From an uncultured Alphaproteobacteria bacterium (lineage in GTDB: Bacteria > Pseudomonadota > Alphaproteobacteria > Rhodobacterales > Rhodobacteraceae), in assembly GCA_963781185.1 (NCBI GenBank), contig CAWAEL010000027.1, positions 1-64,000 on the forward strand: a stretch of 64,000 bases of DNA, given 5' to 3'. The stretch's first letter is position 1. The number at the start of each line of letters is the position of its first letter. The position numbers and the translations under genes were made by a program. The notes beneath the pieces were generated by a model, which was not told where the DNA came from, searched no databases, and saw nothing but the letters and a program-made list of their open reading frames with translations. Shown piece by piece: positions 22,840 through 34,131 of this stretch.

Positions 22840-24780
22840 TCACTCCTCAACAGGATGAGAGGTCAGGAACATCGGCCCGCCCAGTCGGCGCGGAAAGCCG
22901 TAGCCATGCACCTCAACCAGATCAATCGCGGCCTCATTCTCGGCAATCCCCTCAGCCAGAATAGCCCGCCCCTCAGCCGCCATCGCCGCGATCAGCCGGT
23001 CGGTGATTTGCCGCGCCGGCAGGTCGATCGGGGCCCCAACCACGGGCGCAATAATCCGCGCCGCCTCATCCGAAACCCGCGCCGTCCGGTCGCCCGGCGC
23101 ATAGTCATACCAGCCGCCGCCAGTCTTTTGCCCCTTGCGCCCGGCCCGCACCAACAGATCGCCCGGCGTCTCAGCCACCACTTCCCCCCGCGCCCGCGCC
23201 GCCTCACGGGTCATGTAGGATATGTCGAGCCCCGCCAGATCCTGCATCTCAAACGGCCCCATCGCATAGCCGAACCCCCGCATCGCCGCGTCAATCGCCG
23301 CATACCCGACGCCCGCCCGCAGCATCACCTCAGCCTCGGCCCGGTAGCGCCGCAGGATACGGTTGCCGATGAACCCGTCGCAAATGCCTGAGCGGACAGG
23401 GATTTTCCCCAAAGCCCGCGCCAAGGCAAAACCCGCTGCCAGCACCTCTGGCGCGCTCGCAGGGATCGGCACGATCTCCAACAGCTTCATCACATGCGCC
23501 GGGCTGAAGAAGTGCAGCCCGATGAACCGCTCCGGATGCGGCAGCCCTTCGGCAATCGCGGACGGGTCCAGATAGGAGGTGTTCGTCGCCAAAATCGCAT
23601 CCGCCCGACACACCTGCGCCAGTTCGGCAAAGACCGCCCGCTTGACGGCCAGATCCTCAAACACCGCTTCGATCACCAGATCGCAGTCGCCAAGCCCGCC
23701 GTAGCCGACCAGCGGCGTCACCCCCGCCAACCGCGCCGCCGCCTCGTCTGCCGTCAGCAGCCCGCGCTTCTGGGCGGCGTCAAACATCCCACGCCAAGAT
23801 CGCCATCCCCCGCGCCAGAGCATCGGCATCCCGTTCCACCAGAACCACCGGCAGACCCGCATTCCGCAAGGCCGCCGCAATCCCGCTGCCCATCGTCCCG
23901 CCACCAATCACCGCCGCTGACCGCACCGGACGCGGTGTCACGCTCTCGCAGTCGGCAGGCCGCGGGGCCGCCCGTTCGGCAAAGAACAGATAGCGCAGCG
24001 CCGCCGCCTCGTGACTGGACCGCAGCCGCAGGAAGGTCGCGCGTTCATGCGCCAGACCCGCCGTCAAAGCCCTGCTCCACCCCCAATCGCAGCGCACCCA
24101 GTGCCACCAACGGGGCCGTAGGCGCCCTTCGCCTTGGCCGCAATCCGCGCCTCAGCCTTCTGCCAGACCGCCGGGTCCACCGCAGGCAAAGCCCGCGCGC
24201 CAGCCACCAAGGGCCGCGCCGTCACCCCCTCAGCAAACCGCACCGCCTCAGCCAGCAGATCGCCCGACACAGCCTCCACCAGCCCCAGTTCGGCGGCCCG
24301 CGCGGCGTTCAAACTCTGCCCCTCAGCCACCACACCAATCGCCGCCGCCACCCCGATGATCCGGGGCAAACGCTGCGTGCCGCCCGCGCCGGGGATGATG
24401 CCCAGCGTCACCTCAGGCAGCGCAAACCGCGCCTCAGGCCCCGCCAAACGGTACGCACAGCCGAGGACCAGTTCCAGCCCGCCGCCCAAAGCCACCCCCT
24501 GCACCGCCGCAACCCAAGGCTTGCGCGCCGCCTCAATCGCCGCAATCACCGCAGGCAACGAAGGCTCCTCAACCGGGCGGTCAAACTCGGTGATATCCGC
24601 CCCGCCGACAAAGGCCCGACCGGCCCCGGCCAGCACGACAGCCGCGACCGCAGGATCGGCGTCGAGCCGCACCACGGCGTCCACCAACTGCTGCCGCACC
24701 ACCAGACCCATCGCATTGACTGGCGGGTTGTCGATGGTCACGACGGCCACCCGGCCCTGAGTTTCAATCCGCACCGTCAT
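22840..24780 (-). CDS. bifunctional enoyl-CoA hydratase / 3-hydroxyacyl-CoA dehydrogenase (FadB/FadJ-like); at least 2 frame breaks
   Basis: Crotonase domain (24064..24780), NAD-binding AAVIGGGTMGSGIA (23780..24097), and 3HCDH C-terminal domains (22840..23907), in three frames. Confidence 0.7.
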
Positions 24781-24798
24781 CCCAAAAGCCTCCAGATA

Positions 24799-26056
24799 TC
24801 ACGCACCCGACCGCGCCGTGGTCGCCGGGTCTTGTGGCACATCAAAGGCACAGGATACCACCCGCGTCGCAACCAACCGATCAATCCGCGCCGCATCATA
24901 GCCCAATACGCCGGCCAACACCGCCCGCGTATCCTCACCCAACAACGGCGGGGCCTTGACCACAGCATCCTGCTGCGCCGCCAACCCATGCGCCGGACGG
25001 ATCAGCGCAATCGGCCCCAGCACCGGATGATCCAGCCGCTGGATCACCCCACGCCCGGTCACCGACGGCGCCTCCAACGCCTCCGCCACCGATTTCACCC
25101 GCCCCGCCGGAACCGAGGCCCGGTTGCAAGACGCCAGCCAATCCTCACAGGTCCGCTGCGCCAGAATATCCGCCAGCACCGGCAACAGGGCCTCCCGGTG
25201 CAGCGCCCGTTGGTGTGAGGTCACAAAACGCGGGTCCGCCGCCAGATCGGGCCGCGCGATCACCTGATGGCAGAAATCGGCGTACATCCGGTCATTGCCG
25301 ACCGCCAAGGCAAACACGCCGTCCGAGGCCTCAAAGATCTGGTAGGGCACCACGGTCGGATGCGCATTGCCATAGCGCACAGGCTCCACCCCCGCGTTCA
25401 GATAGCCGGTGCCCACGTTGATCAGCATGTTCAGCGCCGAATTCCAGCAGCGCCACGTCGATATACTGCCCCACCCCGGTATCCCGCCGCTGATACAGCG
25501 CCGCCAGCATCGACTGCGTCGCCACCATCCCCGCCACCACATCGGTAAACGCCACGCCAAGCCGGTTGGGCGGCCCGTCCGCCTCTCCGGTGATCGACAT
25601 CAGCCCGCTTTCGGCCTGCATGATGAAGTCATAGCCCGGCCGGTCCCGCTCTGGCCCGGTCTGGCCATAGCCAGAGATCGAGCAATAGATCACCCCCGGA
25701 TTGAACGCCCTGATCGCCTCATACCCCACCCCCAAACGGTCCACCGTGCCGGCGCGAAAATTCTCCACCACAATGTCCGCCTTGGCCGCCAGGTCGAGCA
25801 CGATCTGCCGCCCCTCCGCCGCCTTCATATCCACCGCCAAGCTGTGTTTGCCCCGATTGGCGCAGAGGTAATAGGTGCTGACCCCTTTGTAATTCGGCAC
25901 CGACCAGGCCCGTGTGTCATCGCCCCCTGGCGATGTTTTCCACCTTCCAAACCTCTGCCCCCAGATCGGCGAGGCTCATCGTGGCCCAAGGCCCCGACAG
26001 CACCCGCGTCAGGTCCAGCACCTTGATGCCCGCCAATGGCAATGTCGCACTCATCC
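24799..26056 (-). CDS. family III CoA-transferase (CaiB/BaiF); at least 2 frame breaks
   Basis: [23 protein letters not shown]-terminus and conserved GYG..GPE segments in three ORFs. Confidence 0.75.
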
Positions 26057-27063
26057 TTGCACCCCTCCGGATAGTCCCGTCTCCACCGCGGTCGGAAAAT
26101 GGCAGGCCACGACATGATCCGGCCCGCGCATCACCAAGGGCGGCTCCACCTCGGCGCATGTCGCCTGCGCCACCGGACAGCGCGTGCGGAACCGGCAGCC
26201 AGAGGGCGGGTTCATCGGGCTGGGCACATCGCCCTTCAACACCATGCGCTTGCGACTGCGCTCCCGCGCCGGGTCGGCCAAAGGCACTGCCGACATCAGC
26301 GCCTGCGTATAGGGGTGCATCGGCGCACGGTACAGGCTGTGTTTCGGCGCCATCTCGACGATCTTGCCCAGATACATCACCGCCACCCGGTGCGAGATGT
26401 GCTGCACGACCGACAGGTCATGCGCGATGAACAGATAGGCCGTGCCCATGTCGCGCTGAATGTCCTTCAGCAGGTTCAACACCCCCGCCTGCACCGACAC
26501 ATCCAAGCGCTGAGACCGGCTCATCCAGCACCAGCAGATCCGGCTTCAACGCCAAGGCCCGCGCAATCACCACCCGCTGCCGCTGCCCGCCCGACAGTTC
26601 ATGGGCATACCTTGCCCCATGCTCCGGATTCAGCCGCACCAGATCCAGCATCTCCGCCACGCGGGCCTTGCGCTGATCGCCACTCAACTCACTGATCCGC
26701 AACGGTTCCGCGATATTTCCCGCCACCGTCATCCGCGGATGCAATGAGGCATAGGGGTCCTGAAACACCATCTGAATATGCCGCCGCTTCAACCGCATCT
26801 CTGCCGCCGACAGACGCGTTCAAATCCTGCCCCCGGAACAGGGTCTGCCCCGAAGTCGGCTCTATCAACCGCAGCAAACACCGCCCCAGCGTGGACTTGC
26901 CGCAGCCCGACTCGCCAACCAAGCCCAAGGTCTCCCCGGCAGGCACGTCAAACGACACATCCGCCACGGCCTTCACCTGACCCACATCGCGTTCAATGAT
27001 AAGCCCGCCTTTGACCGGGAACTGCTTCACCAAATTGCGCACCGACAGAATGGCCTCGGTCAT
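26051..27063 (-). CDS. oligopeptide/dipeptide-type ABC transporter ATP-binding protein (DppF/OppF-like); 2 frame breaks
   Basis: Walker [10 protein letters not shown], signature [10 protein letters not shown]-terminal oligopeptide-ABC domain; pieces in ORFs 26689, 26418 and 26051. Confidence 0.75.
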
Positions 27064-28043
27064 GCCACGACCCCCGCTGGCAATTCGGCAAAATGACAGG
27101 CCGCCGCGTGCCGCCCGTCGCCACGCACCGGCGGCGCAACCTCTCGGCACAAATCCGTCGCCATGGAACAACGCGGATGAAACGCACAGCCGCCCGGCAA
27201 CTTACCCAAGGCAGGCGGCGTGCCGTCGATGGAAAACAGCCGCTCCCGCTCCACCGCCATATTGGGGATCGAGGCGATCAGACCCCGCGTGTAGGGATGG
27301 CTCGGCCGCGCGAACAGGTCATCCACCGGGGCCTGTTCGACAATCTGCCCCGAATACATCACCGCCACCCGGTCGGCATGGCCCGCCAGCACCCCCAGAT
27401 CATGGGTGATTAGCACCAGCCCAAGGTTCAACCGCTGTTGCAGGTCGGCCAACACCTCCATGATCTGCGCCTGCACCGTCACGTCCAGCGCCGTCGTCGG
27501 CTCATCCGCGATCAGCAGGTCCGGGTCATTCGCCACCGCCATGGCAATCATCACCCGCTGGCGCATGCCCCCCGAAAACTCATGCGGATATTGGTGCAAA
27601 CGGCGGTCGGGCTGGGGGATCGCCACCAAGGCCAACAAATCCGCCGCCCGCGCCCATGCCGCCTTCGCGGACATGTCCGGGTTGTGCAGCGTCACCGCCT
27701 CAGCCAACTGCCAGCCAATCGTCATCACCGGGTTCAGCGACGACAGCGGGTCTTGAAAGATCATCGCAATCCGCGACCCGCGCAACCGCTGCAACCCGCG
27801 CCGCGACATGCCGACCAATTCTTGCCCCTTGAACCGCACCGATCCCGTGACCCGCGCCGTTTCCGCCTGCAACCCGATGGAGGCGAGCATCCCGACCGAC
27901 TTGCCCGACCCGGACTCGCCCACGATCCCCAACACCTCACCATGCGCCACGGTCAGGGAAATCCCCCGCACCGCCTCAGCATAAAACGCGCCCTCGCCAA
28001 AGCCGACATGCAGGTCAGAAACCTCAAACAGCGCCCCGGTCAT
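27060..28043 (-). CDS. ABC transporter ATP-binding protein (DppD/OppD-like)
   Basis: Intact 327 aa with Walker A/B and signature motifs. ATGA overlap with the downstream gene. Confidence 0.85.
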   Translation of the reverse strand: MTGALFEVSDLHVGFGEGAFYAEAVRGISLTVAHGEVLGIVGESGSGKSVGMLASIGLQAETARVTGSVRFKGQELVGMSRRGLQRLRGSRIAMIFQDPLSSLNPVMTIGWQLAEAVTLHNPDMSAKAAWARAADLLALVAIPQPDRRLHQYPHEFSGGMRQRVMIAMAVANDPDLLIADEPTTALDVTVQAQIMEVLADLQQRLNLGLVLITHDLGVLAGHADRVAVMYSGQIVEQAPVDDLFARPSHPYTRGLIASIPNMAVERERLFSIDGTPPALGKLPGGCAFHPRCSMATDLCREVAPPVRGDGRHAAACHFAELPAGVVA

Positions 28044-28876
28044 TTCGACCTCGGGTCAAAGTAGTCATGCAGCCCGTCACCGATGAAGTTGAAGCCCAGC
28101 ACGATGGTCAAAATCGCCATCCCCGGCCCCAGCGCCATCCACCACGAATAAAACTGCGCGGCACCATCAGAGATCATGGAGCCCCATTCCGGCGTCGGCG
28201 GCGTCGCCCCCAACCCGATGAAACTGAGCGAGGCGGCCAGCAGAATGACCTGCCCCAGATCCATCGTCGCGCTGATCAGAACCGGGGTCCAGCACAGCGG
28301 CAGAATATGCTTGAACAACACCCGCGACCGCGCGGCCCCCGCCGCGACCGCCGCCTCAACATGCTCCCGCTCGCGCACCTCCAGCACCTGCGCCCGCATC
28401 AGCCGCGCATAGACCGGCCACCAGACGATCACCATCGCCACCGTCGCATTCTCCAACCCTGGCCCCAGCGAAGCCGCCACCGCCATCGCGAGCAGCATCG
28501 GCGGAAAGGACAGCGTCACATCGACCAGCCGCATGATCGCAGCCCCGATCCAACCGCCCAGAAACCCGGAAACCGCCCCCAGAAACGCGCCGAAACTGAC
28601 CGCAATCGTCACCACAATCACCGCAATCGGCAGCGAATACCGCGCCCCATGCAGCGTGCGGCTGAACACATCGCGGCCCAACATATCGGTACCCAGCAGA
28701 TGATCCCAACTCGGTGCCTGCAACCTGCGCCCAACCAATTCCAGCGGGTCATATTGGCTCATCCACGGTGCCGCGACCGTGGCCACCAACCAGAACGCCA
28801 CCACCGCCACCCCAACCCCCAAAGGCCAGGTCAGCCAACGCGGGCGGGTGAAACTGCGAACCGCGACCACTGTCAT
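28040..28876 (-). CDS. ABC transporter permease (DppC-like)
   Basis: 278 aa polytopic, with a BPD_transp_1-type fold. Confidence 0.8.
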   Translation of the reverse strand: MTVVAVRSFTRPRWLTWPLGVGVAVVAFWLVATVAAPWMSQYDPLELVGRRLQAPSWDHLLGTDMLGRDVFSRTLHGARYSLPIAVIVVTIAVSFGAFLGAVSGFLGGWIGAAIMRLVDVTLSFPPMLLAMAVAASLGPGLENATVAMVIVWWPVYARLMRAQVLEVREREHVEAAVAAGAARSRVLFKHILPLCWTPVLISATMDLGQVILLAASLSFIGLGATPPTPEWGSMISDGAAQFYSWWMALGPGMAILTIVLGFNFIGDGLHDYFDPRSK

Positions 28877-28877
28877 G

Positions 28878-29891
28878 CTACCCCAACCTCACACGCGGAT
28901 TGGCGATGACATAGGCGATATCGGTGATGAGGTTGGTGACCAGAAACACCACCCCACCGACAATCGTCACGCCAATAATCGCCGGAAAATCGAGCCCCCG
29001 CGCCGCATCCACCGCATAAGACCCCATGCCGGGCCAACTGAAAATCGTCTCGGTCAGGATGGCGCCGGTCAGCAGATAGGCAAAGGAATAGCCGATCACC
29101 GTCAGCGTCGGCACCAAGGTATTGCGCAGCGCATGACGGACGACCACGCGCAACTCCCCGGCCCCCTTGGCCCGCGCCGTCAGGATAAACTCCCGCCCCA
29201 GCACCTCCAACATATTCGCCCGCACCAGCCGCGAAATCGTCCCCGCCACCGCCCAACCCAGCACAAAGGCCGGCAACATCAGGTGCCAGACCGCATTGGC
29301 AAACACCTTGAAATCCCCCGCCAGCAGCGCGTCGAGCGTCAATATCCCCGTCACCGCAGGCGGCAATTGCATTCGCGCATCCACCCGCCCCGGCCCCGGC
29401 AACACGCCCCATTTGACCGAAAACACATAAAGCAAAGCCAATCCCAGCCAAAACACCGGGATGGAAGAGCCAAACAGCGCAAAGACCCGCGCCACATGGT
29501 CAATCGGGCTGTTGCGGTAATAGGCCGCCAGCACCCCCAACGTGATGCCAAGCGCCGACCCCACCACCATCGCCGCCGTCACCAACTCCATCGTGGCGGG
29601 CAGCCGGTACAAGATGTCCTGCGACACCGGCCTGCGGGTGATAAAGGACGTCCCCATATCGCCGCGCAGCAGGTTGCTGACATAGATCACATAACGCTCC
29701 GGCAATGACCGGTCCAAACCCCAGCGCGCCTTGGCCGCCGCCACCACCTCAGGATTGTTCATCTGGCGGTCCGACACGATTGACGACAGCGGATCGCCCT
29801 TGGTCACCGTCGTCAGCAGAAAGGCCAGCGTCACAATCCCCAGCACCAGAAACGGCATCGCGATCAACCGGCGCAGGATGTATCTGGTCAT
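28878..29891 (-). CDS. ABC transporter permease (DppB-like)
   Basis: MTRYILRRL... start typical of DppB/OppB. Confidence 0.8.
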   Translation of the reverse strand: MTRYILRRLIAMPFLVLGIVTLAFLLTTVTKGDPLSSIVSDRQMNNPEVVAAAKARWGLDRSLPERYVIYVSNLLRGDMGTSFITRRPVSQDILYRLPATMELVTAAMVVGSALGITLGVLAAYYRNSPIDHVARVFALFGSSIPVFWLGLALLYVFSVKWGVLPGPGRVDARMQLPPAVTGILTLDALLAGDFKVFANAVWHLMLPAFVLGWAVAGTISRLVRANMLEVLGREFILTARAKGAGELRVVVRHALRNTLVPTLTVIGYSFAYLLTGAILTETIFSWPGMGSYAVDAARGLDFPAIIGVTIVGGVVFLVTNLITDIAYVIANPRVRLG

Positions 29892-29939
29892 GGCCTTGCC
29901 CCCTCTGCGCCAAATCCTATCGCCCACGGACCGGCGCTT

Positions 29940-29958
29940 TTGACAATCATATTGACAA
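29940..29958. promoter_or_regulatory. tandem TTGACAA-N5-TTGACAA direct repeat in the AT-rich divergent promoter region (-35-like / operator)
   Basis: Read directly. It lies between the dppB-like start and the IclR gene, in an 80-bp AT-rich island. Confidence 0.4.
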
Positions 29959-30008
29959 GCGGGCTCTGCCTCGTCAACATAAATGAAATTTAATTCTATT
30001 TATATGAG

Positions 30009-30875
30009 ATGCTCTGCACCGAGGGGGCGCGCTTGCGGAAAAGAACCAAGCCTGCAGATGGCAGTCCGGGGGCCGACAGCGGCAACTCCGCCGCCTCGCT
30101 GACCCGTGGGCTAGAGATTTTGCGCGCGTTTACGATGGAGGATGCCACCCTCGGCAACCAGGACCTGATCGAACGCACCGGCCTGCCCAAGGCGACCATC
30201 TCGCGGTTGACCTCGACCCTCGTCGGGCTTGGCTATCTGCACTACGACGACATGCTGGGACGCTACAGCATTGGCCCGGCCACCGTGTCCTTGGGCTATT
30301 CCGCGCTCAGCTCCAATCCGGTGATCCATCTCGCCCGCCCCCTGATGCAGACCCTCGCCGACAGTTCGGGGGCCGCCGTGGCACTTGGCACGCGCGATGG
30401 GCTAGAGATGGTCTACCTTGCCAACTGCCGCTCCAACAGCCCGGTGTCGCTGCGGCTGAACGTCGGGTCTCGCCTGCCGATCTGGCGCACGGCGATGGGG
30501 CTGGCCTATCTGGCCGAGATCCCGGCTGAGGACCGCTCTGCGATTGTAGCCGATCTCATCGCCGCCGATCCTACACATGCCGACATCATCCAGCGCTGCC
30601 TTGACGATGCCCTCACCCAAAGCCAATCCACCGCCTTTGTCGGCGCGTTTGGCGTCTGGTTCAGCTATATCAACGCGGTCGGCGTCGCCTTCCGCCCGAC
30701 CGACGGCTCCCCCCTCTTGGCGCTGACCTGCGGCGGCATCGTCGATATCGTCCCGCGCGAGCGTTGCATAAATGAGGTCGGCCCCGCCTTGGTCACCCTT
30801 GCCCAAAACCTCTGCACCCAACTGGCCGGGCAAGAGCGTCTCATGCCCCTCTCCCGCAAACCCACCGCCGATTAA
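30009..30875 (+). CDS. IclR family transcriptional regulator
   Basis: N-terminal wHTH (LTRGLEILRAF...QDLIERTGLPKATISRLTSTLVGLGYL) plus an IclR effector domain. Confidence 0.85.
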   Translation: MLCTEGARLRKRTKPADGSPGADSGNSAASLTRGLEILRAFTMEDATLGNQDLIERTGLPKATISRLTSTLVGLGYLHYDDMLGRYSIGPATVSLGYSALSSNPVIHLARPLMQTLADSSGAAVALGTRDGLEMVYLANCRSNSPVSLRLNVGSRLPIWRTAMGLAYLAEIPAEDRSAIVADLIAADPTHADIIQRCLDDALTQSQSTAFVGAFGVWFSYINAVGVAFRPTDGSPLLALTCGGIVDIVPRERCINEVGPALVTLAQNLCTQLAGQERLMPLSRKPTAD

Positions 30876-30896
30876 CCTACCCGTCAGGACCACCCC

Positions 30897-32111
30897 ATGC
30901 CCGTCACCGTCGTCTTTCCCAAGGTCAGTCTGGAAACCGCTTCCGGCAAGGTCGCCCGCTGGCTGGTGGCCGAAGGCGACACCGTCCAAACCGGCCAGAT
31001 CCTGTTTGAGATTGAGAATGACAAAGCGGCGGTAGAGGTGGAATCGCCCGCCGCAGGCACCATCGCCCATCTGACACCCGAAGAGACTGAGGTAGAGGTC
31101 GGCAGCGCCGTCGCCACCATCTACGCCGCGGGTGAACAGCCCGCCGCCCAGTCCACACCAACCCCAACGCCTGTCACGGCGACCCCGACCCGCATCGCTA
31201 CCCCAACACAGCCGCGCGGCACCTTGCCCACCCCCCTCGCCCGCCGCATCGCCCGGGATGAGAATATCAGCATTGACGGGCTGACCGGCACCGGACCCCA
31301 TGGCCGCATCCAAAAGAAGGATGTGCTGGCCCATCTGGCCACCCTCACCCACCGCCCCACCCTCAACCACGCGTGGCTGCGGCGCGGCAACGGCGTGCCC
31401 TTGGTCCTGCTGCACGGGTTTTCCGGCGATCTGAACAACTGGCGCGGCCTGTTCGCTGGCACGCGGATGGACAACCCGGTGCTGGCCCTCGACCTGCCCG
31501 GCCACGGCCAGTCGCCGCTGGATGTGCCACCCGACATGGACGCGCTTGTGGCGCAAGTTGAACACAGCATCGCCGCCCAAGTCTCAGGCGGCCTCATCCT
31601 CGCCGGTCATTCCTTCGGTGCCGCCGTCGCCACCCGCATCGCGGCTGGCGGGCGGCTCGATGTGCGCAGCCTGTGCCTGATCGCCCCGGCCGGTCTTGGT
31701 CCCGAAATCAACACCGGCTTCACCACGGGCATCCTGCGCGGTCAGTCCGCCGACAGCCTGCGCCCGTGGTTGCAAGAGCTGGTCCATGACCCGGCGGTGA
31801 TTTCCGATGCCTTCCTGAAGGCCGTGGTCGACCAACGCGCCAACACCGCCTTGACCGAGGCGATGCGCCGCTTTGCCGACCGCTTCCTGCCCGATGGCAC
31901 GCAAAGCCAATCCATCCTGCAAGACCTCGCCCGCATGACCCTGCCCATCAAGGTGATATTCGGCCGGCAAGACCGCATCCTGCCCTTTGCCCGCACCGCC
32001 GACCTGCCCGGCAATGTGGCACTGCACGCCCTGCAAAACTGCGGCCACATGCCCCATCTGGAACAGCCCGCCCTCTGCCTCCGCCTGCTGGGAGAGCTTT
32101 TACGGAGCTGA
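30897..32111 (+). CDS. lipoyl-domain / E3-binding-domain protein fused to an alpha/beta-hydrolase fold (AcoC-like E2-type component)
   Basis: Biotin/lipoyl attachment motif (EIENDKAAVEVESP), peripheral subunit-binding motif (PLARRIARDENISIDGLTGTGPHGRI), then HGFSGD...GHSFG hydrolase elbow. Confidence 0.7.
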   Translation: MPVTVVFPKVSLETASGKVARWLVAEGDTVQTGQILFEIENDKAAVEVESPAAGTIAHLTPEETEVEVGSAVATIYAAGEQPAAQSTPTPTPVTATPTRIATPTQPRGTLPTPLARRIARDENISIDGLTGTGPHGRIQKKDVLAHLATLTHRPTLNHAWLRRGNGVPLVLLHGFSGDLNNWRGLFAGTRMDNPVLALDLPGHGQSPLDVPPDMDALVAQVEHSIAAQVSGGLILAGHSFGAAVATRIAAGGRLDVRSLCLIAPAGLGPEINTGFTTGILRGQSADSLRPWLQELVHDPAVISDAFLKAVVDQRANTALTEAMRRFADRFLPDGTQSQSILQDLARMTLPIKVIFGRQDRILPFARTADLPGNVALHALQNCGHMPHLEQPALCLRLLGELLRS

Positions 32112-32753
32112 CCCCTTCGGCTGCTTGCCATAGGTCGCATAAGAGGCGTGGACGGCGACCATCTCTTCCGCCGTCAGCAGCACGGGCACGCCACCCGACC
32201 GCGCCAGCAGAAACTGCCGCGCCAACATCTCCAGCTTCTCAGCCCGCGCCAAGGCCACCGCCATGTCCGGCCCAAGGGTGACAATGCCGTGGTTCGCCAT
32301 CAGACAACCCACATAAGTCGTGCCCAAAGTCGCCACCACCGCATCGGCCAGCGCCTGACTGCCAAAGGTCGCATAGGGCGCGCAGGGCACCTCATCACCG
32401 CCAAACCCCGCGACCATATAGTGAAACGGCGGGATCGCAGTCCGCAGACAAGACAGCGCCACCGCCGCATCCGGATGGGCATGCACCACCGCCTGCGCCC
32501 CGGTCGCCCGGTATATCCCCAGATGGATCGCCCATTCCGACGACGGTTGCCACGGCCCAGCCCACACGCCACCCAGATCCATATAGACAATCTGCTCCGC
32601 CAGCATCCGCTCCGGCGCAATCCCGGTCGGCGTGATAAGCATCCCCGCACCAAACCGCAGGCTCAGATTGCCCGCCGTCCCGCTGTTCAGCCCCAGCGCC
32701 ACCGTCCGCAGCGCCGCCTCAACCAGCGCCACCCGCCCCTCTGCCTCGGTCAT
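32100..32753 (-). CDS. class II aldolase/adducin family protein (OtnC-like 3-oxo-tetronate 4-phosphate decarboxylase candidate)
   Basis: Class II aldolase fold motifs. Sits immediately downstream of a four-carbon acid sugar kinase gene. Confidence 0.65.
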   Translation of the reverse strand: MTEAEGRVALVEAALRTVALGLNSGTAGNLSLRFGAGMLITPTGIAPERMLAEQIVYMDLGGVWAGPWQPSSEWAIHLGIYRATGAQAVVHAHPDAAVALSCLRTAIPPFHYMVAGFGGDEVPCAPYATFGSQALADAVVATLGTTYVGCLMANHGIVTLGPDMAVALARAEKLEMLARQFLLARSGGVPVLLTAEEMVAVHASYATYGKQPKGSAP

Positions 32754-32756
32754 GCC

Positions 32757-34005
32757 CTACTCCATCGCCTCAATCGCCCGCAGGAAAATGTCATCCGCCC
32801 CCAGCTTGCCCGGTTTCAGGTACAGCGACAAACGCGGCTCCCCTTCAGTCACACAGAACCCGGTGCCAAGCGGCCCCTCCGGCAACACCCGCACCTGCCC
32901 CACACCCAGCGCCGTCACCACAGCGCCAGAGGTTTCACCCCCCGCCACCACCAACCGCCGCACGCCCACCGCCACCAAACCCCGCGCCACGCCCGCCAAA
33001 ACCCGTTCAGCCCTTGCCGCAGCCCCAGCCGCACCCAACACCGCCTGCACCCGCGCCACCCCCTCCGGGTCCGTCGCCGTCGAAACCGCAAACGGCACCC
33101 CGATCCGCGTTGAGGCCCAATCCACCGCCGCCGCGATCAAACCCGCCTCACCCCGCGGGTCGAGCAGGTCCAGCGTCAACACCGGATACACCTCTCCAAA
33201 CCGCGCCAGTTGCGCCAGCACCACCGGCCCCACGCTGCCCGCCAAAACCGCCGCAGGCCCGCCCACCGGCGACGGCGCCTCCCGCACCACCCCCACACCC
33301 GCCAGCGCCTTCGCATATCCCAACACCAGCGGGTCAGAGGCGACAACAACAGCATCCTCCCCCAACGCCACCGCCACAGATACCGCCACATCGCCATCAT
33401 CACTGGCATCGGCCAACACATACCGCGCGCCCCCGGCCACCAACGCCCGAAACCCCGCCCGCGCCGCCGCCTCGCCCTGCACCAACACCCTATGCGGCAA
33501 CAGCGCCACCGGGGTCCGGGTCTGCAACGACAGGAACCGCACCAGATCAGGGTCGCTCATCGGGGTCAGCGGATCGTGCCGCTTGATCGAGTTCTGACAC
33601 CAGCCGCCCGCGATAGAACAGATAGCCCTGATGCACCGTCGCGTTGAACGCAGGGTAGCCCGCACTCATCAACACCACCCCACCGCACATATCCGCCAAC
33701 AAATCCGCAGCCAGCCCGATATTGCCCTCAGCGGTGCTGTCGAACGAGGCGCAGGCCTTATACGCCAACCGCCCACACCCCGCCGCCCTCAGCACCGCAA
33801 ACCCCGCCTCCATCTCGGCCCGCGCCGCCGCCACCGGCTTCACCCGCGTCCGGGCAGCAAGGATCACCACCGCAGCCCCGCGCGCCGCCTCTGTCACCAC
33901 CGGCGCGAACAGCACACAGGTCGCCACCCCCGCCGCCTCCAGATAGCCCGCGACCATCAACGCCCCGGTAAAATCATCCGCCATCACGCCCAGAACCGGT
34001 GCCAT
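32757..34005 (-). CDS. four-carbon acid sugar kinase family (OtnK-like, DUF1537+DUF2877); frame break near 33600
   Basis: N-terminus MADDFTGALMVAGYL..., C-terminal nucleotide-binding domain; two overlapping ORFs. Confidence 0.65.
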
Positions 34006-34131
34006 GTGTCCCCCGCAAAACTGCCAGAAGTTTTTTGTTGCCAGCCAAGGCTGACACGGCTTAAGGTACGATTCAACGGAAATCAGAATTTATTTCCACA
34101 AACAAATCCACCCCCTGAACCTGAGGATCAG

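Noticed and set aside
33631-34131. N-terminal 167-aa extension of the 892-aa E1 ORF
   Set aside because: The extension is antisense to otnK and has no E1 similarity. The E1 homology begins at the internal ATG 34132.
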